From contig OX597828.1 of assembly GCA_951406725.2 (NCBI GenBank), positions 7,316,001 through 7,380,000 of the forward strand: DNA of 64,000 nt. The letters are read 5' to 3'. Shown in pieces: positions 27,253-41,914 of the stretch (positions within the stretch are counted from its first letter, which is position 1; each line of letters opens with the position of its first letter). The translations under genes were made by a program, and so were the position numbers. The stretch is from Octopus vulgaris. Its lineage: Eukaryota. Under the pieces are notes generated by a model that saw only the letters and a list, made by a program, of their open reading frames with translations, did no database searches and was not told the origin of the DNA.

Positions 27253-27999
27253 TCTTGGTACACGCACACATATAATTATGTATACGCGCAGGCACGGCCT
27301 TTATGTCTTTCTAATAATCGCGGCAGTCCTGGATCGCGCGCGCGTGTGCCTGCCTGTGAAAGAATGGGTGTGTCGTGGCTGGGAGACTTTGTGTGCATGA
27401 GGACAAACAGACCTAAACATATGCCAAGTCTATGTCTTGCCTACAAAGACACAGACATTTCTCGATGCATGTAAAAACTGTAGTTTACCAACTTTGAACT
27501 TCTACTAAGTTTTATAATACAAACTTTGTTGTACTGAAATAATCATTATTCAATCACGACACTAATGAAACTCGCTGTTAGAATTTGTCACTGTATCGCA
27601 GTCAAGTTCCGCATTGTTAGATATATATATATATAAGTTGATTCAATGATCAGAGAAATGAAGGTTCCTTGTCATCTGATGAGCAATCGTAAAATACTGA
27701 AACATGGGATTAGGCGAAATACTCCAGTACAAGTACTCCGAGTTTTCAGCCACTCGATGTGCAACGATCGTTGTTGGATTGGCTTACATAAATAACAGCA
27801 TGGAAAACAAATACACAAAATACTAGCAGAAAGTTATATGTGGATATATATTCTGAAAGCCAGAGGATACTAGTCCTAGTGACAGAAACAGTAACCTCTC
27901 CTGGACCCGTAATGAATATATCACATATCACTTAGAAGCTATATCTTTCTTTTTCGGGGCTCTTGACTGCCCGTGATACTTTTGTATCGTAAGCATAAC

Positions 28000-28220
28000 T
28001 GGTGTAAGTGGCTAACTGCATGATTGAAGACACTTCGGTGAAACAAACTACAAACAGTAGTGGCCTTCGTACGGTTCCCTAAGGGACTCCGCTAAGAATT
28101 GATGTCTCCTCAGAGAGAGCACCATTGACAGCAACTTTCTGACTCCTACCTTTTACACAATCATGCAGCCATCTGCACGCCTAATTTTGCAACAACACTA
28201 AGGTCACGCAATTTGTGACA
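28000..28220. pseudogene. Scrambled LINE RT remnants on both strands (CR1/L2/Jockey-like)
   Basis: Plus strand LQTVVA..VP*GT and FA..TKV; minus strand WLHDCVKGRSQKVAVNGALS. Confidence 0.45.
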
Positions 28221-28275
28221 TGGTTTCGCGATCCTTTATCGAAAGTCGAGATGTTTCATGGTCATTTTTAAATGT

Positions 28276-28541
28276 GAAAATAAAAAAAGAAATGCTCCCT
28301 TTTAAAGCCTAGCTAGGGCTCGTGGGCCCGATTTCCCGGTTTCAATGGCGTATGTGTTCCCCAGCTGGACGGGACGCCAGTCTATCGCAGCCTTACTCAT
28401 ATTTGCCAGCTGAGTGGACTGGAGCAACGTGAAATGAAGTGTTTTGCTCAAGAACACAACGCGTCGCTCGGTCCAGGAATCGAAACCACAATCTTACGAT
28501 CATAATGCTGACACCCTAACCACTAAGCCACGCGTTTCCAC
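28276..28541 (-). mobile_element. SINE, head D plus tail X, 13-bp TSD
   Basis: TSD catttttaaatgt at 28263-28275 and 28542-28554; tail ctgcgatagactggcgtcccgtccagctg shared with 35823 copy. Confidence 0.88.
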
Positions 28542-28559
28542 CATTTTTAAATGTACTCA

Positions 28560-29230
28560 GTCATAATGCTGTAGTTGCTCTGTGAGGCAATTCCTTCCTG
28601 TAATCGCTGACATATGAGATATGCCTGTGATTTTTAGCCACAGCCCTGCTTCTTCCTTTATGGATAGAGCATATTACACCTTCGTTTAACTGTTTAAAGA
28701 AATTTGCCACATGCATGGAAGTTCTGGATAAAGTATTTACAGTGGTGTTGTTAGAGATTTCTTGTATTTCTTTAAAAGAATAACTAGAAAAACCATCAGG
28801 GCCTATTGCTGACAGCAAGTTCATTTCATCAACGATCGATATAACATCCTCCTTTTTTTTATGTAGATGCAATCGATGACTGCCTATTCCTTGTGCTGTT
28901 CTGCGGTGTTGAAAAACTCATCATACTTATATATTTACATATCTCTCAACGGAAAGATGAAAACACCTTGGAATTGTTTATTTCGTATTTCACTTCTCCT
29001 TATAATGTTTGGAATCAGTAAGCTGTTTTTCTTCGCAGAGTGACCCTAACTTGTAAGGCTACAGAGTAGATTATTTGCAAAATTTTTTGAAGTGTTTTAG
29101 GATTCGTTTTTGTATTTTTGATTGCTTCGGCTTCTCTTTCTTCTCTTTCTTTCCCATTGGTGAAATTGAGTTTATTTTGGGGTTTCTGAAAGCAGCGTTT
29201 TGGGGTGGGATTTCCCGCTGTCATTAAGTT
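28560..29230 (-). pseudogene. Decayed LINE ORF2 fragment (region upstream of RT)
   Basis: AIGPDGF and IHKGRSRAVAKNHRHIS resemble GPDG and PIxKxG...NYRPIS. Confidence 0.6.
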
Positions 29231-29366
29231 ATTTATTTAAACGATTTAAGATTTTTACTCTTCGTCTCTCTTACTCAAACACAAGCACACATGCACGCCC
29301 CAACAAATATATGCATATGCAATGATTAGTACATACCCATACGCACATATAGAGCGTATATATGTA

Positions 29367-29410
<44 letters not shown>

Positions 29411-29774
29411 TATATATATATATATCTATCTACATATATACATGTGTGTATATGTATGTGTAGGTATTCATATAGATTTTAAATCACACACACACTCTTT
29501 CTCTTTATATATATATATATATCAAACGGAAATTTCCGTAGGATGTCGTTATACTGTTAGTTCAATTTATAGCAATGGAGCGCACCTGGTGGTTACGCCA
29601 TAAGGCCATCATTTAAACGGGTAATTTACGATGAAAATTGAAGGTACCTATCATGTTCTTTAGCCTATCGCATGCATTCATCATGTAGGATAATTTCTTT
29701 CACCTTACTGTTCTAAATACTTCACGTTAATTGTGTTCGGAAGTACAGTGCGGTTTAAAGAGTGTGCTGTGTGT

Positions 29775-30721
<947 letters not shown>

Positions 30722-31066
30722 AGAGAGAGAATTACTGCAATGATGATGATGATTATGATGATGGCGATGACGACGACGACGACAACAACGACTGTGAACA
30801 TGATACTAAAGGTCTAAAATTCTGGTGATGGGCCATGGGTTGTTGGTTACATCGACCTCACTACCTGACTGGTTAAACTAATTTTATGGACCCAGAAATG
30901 TTCGATAAATGCAAAGTTTTAACTCGTTGGAAATTGAACGCAAAACCTAAAGAAGCAGATTAAACTCAGACGGAACCAATAAACCTGTTAAACCCTTTAT
31001 AATACACCTAAGTCCTGGTTAGTTACGACTAAAGCTTTAGTCAGGCAAGCCAATGCACCAAGTCTT

Positions 31067-31081
31067 TTATTATTATTATTA

Positions 31082-31157
<76 letters not shown>
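31067..31157. repeat. (ATT)n microsatellite
   Basis: Direct reading. Confidence 0.95.
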
Positions 31158-31419
31158 TGACCGCAGACGGTAACTATTTTTTAATATTTGTTTCAGGTCT
31201 CCCTTCTCGTTGTGAATGGAAAATATAGTAAGAGGAGAGGTTGGTTGAGAAACGAGGGCGGAGGGACGAATTCGACCGAGGTTGGGGGTGGGGAGGACAA
31301 GGTTGCGGAAATCTCTTTAAATAAATACATTAAAAAAAAAAGAAAAGAAGTGGAAAAAAACTCTAGAAAAATATGGATAAGAACATTATTGAATACAATA
31401 ATAATGTTGATGACGAATT

Positions 31420-31773
31420 TGAGATGATGATGATGAGGAGGAGGAGGAGGAGGAAGAAGAGGAGGAAAAGAGGAATAGTAGTAGGATAGTGGTGATGCTG
31501 GCACTAGTGGCGGCGGGTCCGGTTGTAGTGGTGATGAAGTTGGTGGTAGTGGTGGTGGTGGTGGTTGTGGTGGTGAAGTTGGTGGTTGTGGTGGTGGTGG
31601 TGGTGGTGAAGTTGGTGGTTGTGGTGGTTGTGGTGGTGGTGCTGCTGCTGCTGTTGATGATGATTATGACGATGATAATAACGACAATAACAAGAACAAC
31701 AAGAATAATACTAACAACAACAACAGCAACAATAATAATAATAATAATGATAATAATAATAATGATAATAATA

Positions 31774-31815
<42 letters not shown>
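31420..31815. repeat. Mixed trinucleotide tract (GAG/GTG/AAT)
   Basis: Direct reading. Confidence 0.85.
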
Positions 31816-32432
31816 TTCGATAGTGGTGAAAAATTGGGAGAAAGAGACTACAATAACAAATAAATGCCAAAACAAAAAATAAAAAAAAAGCAACACAAAA
31901 ATACAAAAACAAGAACAATGAGTCGAACCCCTACCCTGCCACCACCTACCACCCACCCCCATCCTTGCGTCGAAAGCTGATTGCCAATCGAAGCAGACTT
32001 CAGTGAAACAATTTCTGCGAGGAACTCTTTAACAGGCTACTAATTCAACCTAAACATTGCATTGGGTGTATATCTAATAAAGCACCGTTGTTAAGCCTCT
32101 TTTGGTCGATTTTTCGTCTAGTGTACGTGTACGTGTAAATGTATGTGTATGTATATATGAGTGCGTCTATGTATGTATATATGTGCATACACGTGTACGT
32201 ACGTGTGTGTGTGTGTATAACTAACTGTAAGGGTGAGGTAGAGGAGGCATGCTATTGTAATCGGCACCTCTTTGATGTTTTAATTAATACATGGTCATGA
32301 ATATTCCGACAGCAAGCTGATCAATGGTGATGAAGTTTGGTACTCTTTCTAGTAGGTTCGTTGTTGTTGTTGCTTTTTATTGTTGTTCCTTTCTTTATTT
32401 CGCTATTGTCTCTGTTTTTTTTTTATATATTT

Positions 32433-32487
<55 letters not shown>

Positions 32488-32992
32488 GTTTATTTTTTCA
32501 TATTTATTTTATTTATTCATTTAGTTATTTATTTATTTCGTGTTCATAATTATGGGTAGAAATGAAGAGAAAGGATGGGTATGTTTCAGAGTAGGAAAAA
32601 GAAGAAAGAAAAAAAAACGAAAAAAAAGAAAAAAAAAAACGTAAGCGGGTAGGAAGAGGGTACTGTCCGGTAGGGATGGTGGTTTCACTGTAGACTATTG
32701 GTTTGGTGGACTCGACAGAGAATACATTTAGAGAGTATGGTGTTGTTGAATTGTAAGCCGGTTGAGCTAGATTTGGTGATGAAAGTTGTTATGATTAACT
32801 TCTCTTGTCTTCCTTTCTGTGTGAGAATGAATATGTCCGAGTTTGTATTCATATACGCATATATCCATACAGAAGCACGCAATAATAATGATAATAATGA
32901 TAATAATAACAACAACAACAACAACAACGAAGTGAAACATTACAAAAACTCATGGTACATACACATATATATTAAAAATATATATATATATA

Positions 32993-33124
<132 letters not shown>

Positions 33125-33724
33125 GTGTTTGTGTGTGTGATTGTTTAAGCATGTGTGTGCATTAAACAAATATTTTTTTTATATATTTCCACTAGGTGAA
33201 TGTATGTTTCTGGCACACAATCATATAAAGATATATATACATACATATGTTACTTTCATCAGCAGGCACAAAACAAACTGCATTAAAAATAGTTACTAGT
33301 TTCATATAAGCTGAAAGTTTCCATGAACTAGAACCCACAATGAGTAATGAACAGTCGAAATGCTTCGTTTTCAGATGCCACTTTGGGTGTACTTATTTGC
33401 TGTAAAGAGCTAGACAGTTCGAATATAATTTTAAATATCAGATAGCAGTTATTAGAATAATAATAAAAATAAATATTTCTCAATTACAACGAAAGTCTTT
33501 TAGTGCGAAGTTCACCATAGTGTCTATGAATTAGAATATAATATCGAATTACATCCACTCCAAGGCTATAATATAAAAATATGAAATAACGTAAATGAGA
33601 TAACACATGAATATAAATCAAAGCATATATTAAAATAAATACATACAGATTTTTATATATTTCTTCTTTTACATAAATCTGTTTCTAACAATCATATGCG
33701 CGAGTATACGTATGTGTATGTGTG

Positions 33725-33793
<69 letters not shown>

Positions 33794-33819
33794 ATATATA
33801 TGTATGTATGTATATATAG

Positions 33820-33879
<60 letters not shown>

Positions 33880-34534
33880 CATACCAACATATAGACACAT
33901 ATGCTCTGATCATTAGCAGATTCAAGCAGAACCGTATTAGAAAATTACTCGTTTGTATACGATGGTAATTTCTAAAACTGGAACTAGAAAATAGAATCTG
34001 CCTTAAAGTTAGGCAATGTGAATGTGTGAGTGTGTGTGTGCTGTGCGTCTGTGTGTGATTGTGTGTATATATATGTATGTATGTGGGAGGGTAGGGGAGA
34101 AAATGACTGAGAGAGAAAGAAAGAATTCATGTATATTGAGAATCCTCTTTCAAACATTTAATGAGCGCAAAACTATGTCCGTATACGATGGGTTTTACTA
34201 GAGATTTCGCGTATTTCCTTATTAGTCTCAATGCCTAGTTTGGAACATATTAACATCTCTATATCAATTAGTCAATGTTTTTTGAAACTATTTAAACTCT
34301 ATCCTCTGTATGAAATGATTGTAGAAAGGCGTATCTCCGAGCACTTTGCGTTGGGCTGCAAAGGATCAGTTCGTTCTAAACAAAAGAGCCCCGGAACGTT
34401 AATGGACTAATAGAAGTAGGAACGCTAATGTTCAAGACTGAATATAAAGGATGAAGAAGTGGATCGGACTCGAGCACTGGAGTCCATGTAATCGACTTAT
34501 TCCTCCCACTTTGCCTTCTGGCAAAATTTGGTGC

Positions 34535-34553
34535 TATTATTATTATTATCATT

Positions 34554-34630
<77 letters not shown>

Positions 34631-34654
34631 TAATATTACTATTATTATTATATA

Positions 34655-34718
<64 letters not shown>

Positions 34719-34727
34719 TACTATTAC

Positions 34728-34785
<58 letters not shown>
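34535..34785. repeat. (CAT)n/(ATT)n microsatellite
   Basis: Direct reading. Confidence 0.9.
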
Positions 34786-34786
<1 letters not shown>

Positions 34787-34789
34787 TCG

Positions 34790-34991
34790 TTTTACTCTTT
34801 ACTCTTATACCTGTTTCAGTCATTTGACTGCGGCCATGCTGCAGCACCGCCTTTATTCGAGCACATCGATCCTAGGGCTTATTCTTTTTAAGACCAGTCT
34901 CTTTTGCCGAACCGCTAAGTTACTGGGACGTAAACACACCAGCATCGGTTGTCAAGCGATGTTGGGGGGACAAACACAGACACACAAACGT

Positions 34992-35040
<49 letters not shown>

Positions 35041-35205
35041 TACGACGGGCTTCTTTTCAGTTTCCGTCTACCAAATCCACTCACAAGGCTTTGGTCGGGT
35101 CGAAGCTATAGTAGAAGACACTTGCTCAAGGTGCCTCGCAGTGGGACTGAACTCGGAACGATGTGGCTCGTAAGCAAGCTACTTACCACACATCCATACC
35201 TGCGC
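34790..35205 (-). mobile_element. SINE family A, full length
   Basis: Matches 16090-16512. Confidence 0.9.
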
Positions 35206-35249
35206 TAGTTATTATTATCATTATTATTATTATTATTATTTATTATTAT

Positions 35250-35765
35250 GTATTTATTTTGCTTTCTCTCACTTTTGCTTTCATTTCTTACCGAGTGTCC
35301 TCTCGACATCTAAGGCAAAGAAGCTCACTGTATGCATTGGTAGGCCATTAAAAAAGCAGCAGTTTGTTCAGTTACAAAGTCAAGTTACGTGATAGAAAAA
35401 AAGGGAAGAAAGAAAGAAAAGAGGAAAAGAATAAATATAGAAAAATAGAAAAAAGAAAGAAAATAAAAGGGCAAAAGGAAATAAAATTCACTGCGGCGAT
35501 GCCCTTTTGAATACGCGTTAAAACAATCTTTTCCACTTCCTGCATGGATGGTAAGCCAGAGATCATTCTCAAATAATTTTCAGCTCCTTTTTCAATCATT
35601 CCAAGTGCTCCTACAATTCTTGGTATTGTAACCGTCTTGAGACGCTATATTTTTTCGATTTCAATCAGTATATCTTTATATTTTCTGAGTTTATCAAATT
35701 CTTTCACGGAAATATTATGATCTTATATTTTCTGAGCTTATCAAATTCTTTTGCCGGGATATGAT
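35250..35765 (-). mobile_element. 3' end of RLE-type (R4/Dong-like) non-LTR retrotransposon ending in (TAA)n
   Basis: EFDKLRKYKDILIEIEKI*RLKTVTIPRIVGALGMIEKG..SGLPSMQEVEKIVL; 3' UTR motif ctcggtaagaaatgaaagc. Confidence 0.75.
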
Positions 35766-35822
35766 GATTTTATAACACGAAATCATTATTAATTCTTTAA
35801 TTCTTTATTTATTTATTTATTT

Positions 35823-36117
35823 ATGCGCCCTTTTCAAGTCTAACCAGGCTAATGGGCCCGGTTTTCCGGTTTCTATGGCGTATGTGTTCCCCTCAGCTGG
35901 ACGGGACGCCAGTCCATCGCAGCATTACTCAAGAAACAGGAAGAAAGAGTGAGAGAAAGCTGGAGCGAAAGAATATGACAGGGAACACCACCATCCCCTG
36001 CCGGAACCTCGTGGAGACTTTTAGGTGTTTTCGCTCAATAAACACACACAACGCCCGGTCTGGGAATCGAAACAGCGATCCTCCAACCGCGAGTCCGCTG
36101 CCCTAACCACTGGGCCA
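35823..36117 (-). mobile_element. SINE, head C plus tail X
   Basis: Head tggcccagtggttagggcagcggactcgc as at 57292 and 62300; tail as at 28276. Confidence 0.88.
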
Positions 36118-37218
36118 TAATACTCTGCACAAACATAAATCCATATTATATGTGTATATGTGAGTATTTGTGTATTACAGATTACATTATACTAGATGGA
36201 TATTGTGCAACTTCCCTTTGCACCATATGAATCAAATAATAATGCCAAATCATGCATCGAAAGAATCATACAAATAAATACCATCGGTATTGTACTTTAG
36301 AGACTGGCCATTTCCTGTTATGCACAATGCTGTGTGATGAAGGACAAGTAACTTATTGTTACTTTGCTGTTAGTGCGCACGTATCAACAATAGAATTTAT
36401 TCAAATGGGTACTTATAGGCGCATACATATAAGTCTGCAGCAACTTCTGCTTTTGAGTGTTCATGCAAATGAGTCTGCATAAACGTCTGGGCTATTCTGA
36501 AGAGGTGAGTACATATACTCGTTTATGTTTGTTTGTATAGGAGTGAGTCCATATAGAAATGATCGTATGAGCGCATGAATTTGCAATAAGGATTTATTTA
36601 ATAACATGCTTCCAGTCAAAGGCAAACTGGAAAATTGTGAATATTTTTTATCCATATTGCGACGGAATGACGATGCTCTGTTCTGCTGAAATCTGCACGT
36701 GTAGGAAGAGATATTATTGCTCGTGCAAAATGATTTGTAATCTGGGATATGTTGCTGATAGAGCAGAGAGAATTTTTGTGCTTGTGAGAATTTATGGCGG
36801 TGTTTGTTTTCGCAAAGCTGTATGTCTTTGTTAAATGAACTAGCAATAAGACTGTCTGGTTTGTATACATGAATCGAAGAGTAGTTAATCAAAACTTTTA
36901 AGTATGATTGTTGATACAATAGCACAATAACCATCGACTAGTTAAGGATCGCATCAATTAATTTACACGTCAAGTAAAATCCAGAATGCAATTACGCATT
37001 GCCACCGAAGTCACGATATGTAGTTGAGGAGAGATTCGCTGTATACCAAAGTAGTTGCACTGTACAATTCATATCTTTATAGCGAGAACTAATTAAGCCG
37101 TAATTAATCATATTGTACAAGATATTTGTATATTTATTCATAACAGTGTTGATGCGGTAGCTTAATATGTGTGTGCGTGTGCATATGCGCACGTATATCA
37201 GTATGTATTAATGCGCAA

Positions 37219-37278
<60 letters not shown>

Positions 37279-37295
37279 ATATGTATATATATATG

Positions 37296-37372
<77 letters not shown>

Positions 37373-37374
37373 TG

Positions 37375-37435
<61 letters not shown>

Positions 37436-37614
37436 CAAATAAGAAAATAGAGAAACAAATTTAGTTTGTTCATCAATTTTCGGATATTATAATGCTGGAT
37501 TATTTATTCATTTAACAAAATGAGAACCTCAATAGCATAATATATATCTTATAATTCAATACATATAAGATAAGAATACAAATTATAAAAGTCATGATAT
37601 AAATTATTAAAATC

Positions 37615-37750
37615 ACTTCTTACAGCTGTTTCAGCCTATGGCTAAAAGTAGTTAATTTTATTTTATTGCCTATAGGTGTCAACATACTGAGGTTGTAGGC
37701 ATTTAAAAATAGGGTACTTATATATATAACCATAGGCCTCATCAGAGGTT
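37615..37750 (-). ncRNA. Minimal type-I hammerhead, canonical core, 12-bp stem II with large loop
   Basis: Minus strand CCT-CTGATGA-GGCCTATGGTTA...TAGCCATAGGCT-GAAA-CAGCTG-TA-AG; stem I short. Confidence 0.75.
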
Positions 37751-37871
37751 ATAAGGAACTTTTAAAATATTAATATTAATATATTGTTCATATTTTTTAA
37801 TATATATTAAATAATACGTGTATCATGTTTAATGTATTACTATTAATATTAATATTTTTAAAGTTCCTTAT

Positions 37872-38009
37872 AACCTCTGACGAGGCCTATGGTTATATAT
37901 ATAAGTACCCTATTCTTAAATGCCTACAAGCTCAGTATGTTTACACCTATAAGCAATAAAATAAAATTAACTACTTTTAGCCATAGACTGAAACAGCTGT
38001 AAGAATGGT
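37872..38009 (+). ncRNA. Mirror copy of the same minimal hammerhead
   Basis: CTGACGA 37877-37883; GAAA 37990-37993; CAGCTG palindrome; GUA ending 38001. Confidence 0.72.
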
Positions 38010-38369
38010 GATTTTAATGATTTCAATAAATTATATTATGAATTTTATAATTTGTATTCTTATCTTATATGTTTTGAATTATAAGATATATATATGTGTG
38101 CTATTGAGGTTCCCATTTTGTTAAATGAATAAATAATCCAACATTATAATATCCGAAAATTGATGAACAAACTAAATTTGTTTCTCCATTTTCTTATTTG
38201 TATTATAAATTTGCGGTAAAAATATTTCTTTACCTTCACCCGTTTAATACAATAAATGAGTTAATTGCATTACAATTAAAAACATTTATGTATTAAGAAT
38301 ATGGGTACTTTACTAACAGTATATTGCTATCTCATAGTGGGTTACACCCATAACCCCTATCTTACTTTG

Positions 38370-38421
<52 letters not shown>

Positions 38422-38577
38422 ATGTGTGTGTATGTGTGTGTGCGTGTGTGTGTGTGTCTACCTATGTGTAATATATGTAATATATATAATACACACATTC
38501 ACTCACTCATTAAGACACCCATACACATATATACACACACTCACATACACATTTGTTTACATATATTTGTTTGTCTC

Positions 38578-38642
<65 letters not shown>

Positions 38643-38986
38643 CCCACGCCTGTGCTTTATACAAACATTTTAATTTAACTCAGAGCCGCGGCATTTAACA
38701 TGAGAGAGCTCAATAAGAAATTCAAAATAAATTAAATTAGTCAGAGCTATGAATACGCCTATGTGAAATGTGGAACGGAAATTAAAGAATCTCGAATATA
38801 CTATACAAACTAGATATGTGTACCTTGCCTGTAAATCCAGGACTCACTAATAACGTTTCTCTATGCAGCTTAGCTATATATTAGTGGCATACCTACAAAC
38901 AGATAGACAGACAGACACACATACACACATATGTATACCTACCTGTATGCACGTAGAAGTGTATACACACATGCATACATACATAC

Positions 38987-39051
<65 letters not shown>

Positions 39052-39283
39052 ATATATATGTGTGTGAGTGTGTCTATGTCTCAGTGTGTGTATCTCTATT
39101 TGCTTTTGTGTGCATAACATTCGTTTCTTTTTAATAAATGATATCAATGAATTATGCTTGCCTGTTTGTGCTTATATACATCCTCTACCACACAACATTC
39201 TCTCTATCTTTCTGTGTGTTCATATATATATATATATACACACATATGTTATATACATGTGTGTATGTGTGTTTCTAACGATT

Positions 39284-39284
<1 letters not shown>

Positions 39285-39314
<30 letters not shown>

Positions 39315-39341
39315 TTATCTATCTGTCTATCTATCTATCTA

Positions 39342-39372
<31 letters not shown>

Positions 39373-39561
39373 GTCTGTCTTTCTATCTATCTGTCTATCT
39401 ATCTGCCTGTCTGTCTGTCTGTCTGTCTGTCTCTTTGTCAGTCTGTGTGTCTATCAGTCTGTTCAATTGTCCGGCTTACTATGTTTACCTGTCTATTGCA
39501 TTCCTCTTCCTGTTTATCAACCCATCCATCCATACATCCATCCATCTATCTATTTATCTAA

Positions 39562-39640
<79 letters not shown>
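39285..39640. repeat. (CTAT)n/(CTGT)n microsatellite
   Basis: Direct reading. Confidence 0.9.
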
Positions 39641-39642
<2 letters not shown>

Positions 39643-40079
39643 AATCAATTCTGTTAGTCAGGTAGTAATTTCTATCCCACATGTTTTCATTAGTACAATA
39701 GGTAATACTATTCTCTTCTATTCATTAACCAACGAGCCGACACCTTTGAATATTCAAGTCTCCGTTGTAATCTTTATTAATGACAGTAGTACAAATCACA
39801 TCACCTTAACATATACGCCACTTCTACGATATATAATTACAACTGGATAGTACTAATTGCCACTTTTAATACTAATTACTGTCGATTTTAATTAAGCCGT
39901 TTTGACGCAATTACGAAGTACAACAATAGTTTGCTGGAGATTTCAATTTCTTGTAGAAGATAACTGATGAGCCGTGTGGGATTCTGTCAGCCAGGTTTAG
40001 TGCCAGAGACACTACTTCCTTACCAATCTATCATGAGTTTAGAGTCCAAGGTAAGACAGCACGATTGTTGTATCATTTA

Positions 40080-40300
40080 TCTTTTACTCGTTTCAGTTAT
40101 TGGACAGCGGCCATGCTGGGTCACCATCTTGAATAATTTAGTCGAACAATTACCGCCCAACCCCACCAGTACTTATGATTCAAGTGTGGTAACTATTCTG
40201 TCGGTTCCTCTTGCCAAACACCGCTAAAATACGGGGACGTAAACAAACTAGCATCAGTTGTTAAGTGGTGAGCGGGGGTCAAACGCAGACGCCATGATAC
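40080..40300 (-). mobile_element. SINE family A 3' half; head possibly at 42355-42508
   Basis: gtttcagttattggacagcggccatgctgg..acggggacgtaaacaaactagcatcagttg. Confidence 0.7.
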
Positions 40301-40369
40301 GCACACGCATATACATGCATATATATACATATACTATTTAAACAGAAAAATTCAACAAAATACATATAT

Positions 40370-40416
40370 AAAACTGTCCGACGAACGGCAACGTGAAACT
40401 CAGAGTAACAGGTTTT
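40370..40416 (+). ncRNA. Type-I hammerhead motif, CCGACGA (U4C) core, GNRA-capped stem II
   Basis: AAAACTGT-CCGACGA-ACG GCAA CGT-GAAA-CTCAGAG-TA-ACAGGTTTT; flanked by partial inverted repeat 40336-40360 / 40413-40440. Confidence 0.75.
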
Positions 40417-41108
40417 GTTGAATTTTCTGCTGCTTTAAATAAAGCATATTACTCTACCACTGGTATTTGAGTACTCTTTTTTCCACCTTGTTTCACATTT
40501 TACAATCAAGCATAACGAATGTGTATTCCTCTCATCAGTTGCCAAAGGGGATCGCTATGGTTTCGACACTGAGACAGGACCAATGAATCCGGTGGTGTCA
40601 ACAGCATTAAAGATATAAACGCTGCCTGGGAATCCACCAGCTTCTTACTAAAAGTAACAGCAAAATAAACAGTGTCAATTTACAGTTACAAAATAGTACT
40701 TATAAAACAAAGAAATTATACCAAAACACGGTCATAGATTGCTATATATTTTGTTTTTCAATCTACATCACAACATAAACATGATATCACACCAAAAAGA
40801 AGACTAATAAAGATTAGTCGGAAAGTATAACTCACAAACAATCCCTCGAACAATATACAAGGAAAAAGACTGACTTGGATCAATATCGACGAAATATATT
40901 CAATACTATAAAATATATTAAGCAAATATGTTGATTGCTGAAATAAAATATAAAAAATAAATTAGAATTTTGTTAAATTAAATAAAAAAAATATACCTAA
41001 ATGAACACACACACATACACATACACAGATATATTACTAAAACACTTAACTAATAACATGTCCTAACTACAAATAGACTAAATAAATCCATTATTAATTA
41101 AACGGCCA

Positions 41109-41290
41109 AGGCGGCGATCTAGTAGAATCATTAGCACGCTGGACGAAATGCTTAGCGGTATTTCGCCCGTTGCTACGCTCTGAGCTCAAATTCCGTCGAG
41201 GTCAACTTTGCCTTCATCCTTTCGGGGTCGATAAATTAAGTACCAGTAAAACACTAGTAATTGCCTAGTCTCCTTGTCTCCCCACCACCC
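41109..41290 (+). mobile_element. SINE family B
   Basis: aaggcggcgatctagtagaatc..gccttcatcctttcggggtcgataaattaagtaccag. Confidence 0.85.
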
Positions 41291-41527
41291 AAATTTCAGA
41301 CCTTATGCCTTTAGGATTATTAATTAAACAGCCAGCATGCTCGTTACTTGGGAACTCATATTACACTTAATTATATATATATATATATATATATTATAAT
41401 ATTAGGGAGAATAACCAAACTTACAGGGAAAAATTAGATTTAGGATTAAATCAAATTTCACAGTATAAATATAAATATAATAGTGGTTTTATCTCTAATT
41501 TAATATATATACACATACATACATACT

Positions 41528-41587
<60 letters not shown>

Positions 41588-41611
41588 CATACATATATAT
41601 ATATACACACA

Positions 41612-41665
<54 letters not shown>

Positions 41666-41703
41666 GTCAGAGTGACCACATGGTGGACTCTCTCTTATTG
41701 TTT

Positions 41704-41736
<33 letters not shown>

Positions 41737-41914
41737 CATTCAGACAAGTTACATAGTCATGAAACGATCGTAAGAATTCTTATACATCTTATTCACTATT
41801 GTACATTCCTATTCTCATCATTTACGTTGTAATGCAATTCTGTATGTCAATATATTTCTTGTTGTGACTATTCCAAATATATTTATTCCATTCTCTCTTA
41901 TATTCTTATATTCT

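Larger units (their letters stand above)
37431..38372. mobile_element. Penelope-like palindromic pseudo-LTR pair: ~350-bp inverted arms, ~60-bp spacer, within (TA)n
   Basis: 37431-37781 reverse-complements 37841-38207 with scattered mismatches; right arm continues to ~38372. Confidence 0.85.

Noticed and set aside
31170-31430. Acceptor-like tttgtttcag followed by a short ORF
   Set aside because: No donor or homology; runs into low-complexity sequence
36461-36934. 157-aa minus-strand ORF and a nearby GAG|GTGAGT donor-like site on the plus strand
   Set aside because: No recognisable domain or consistent exon structure
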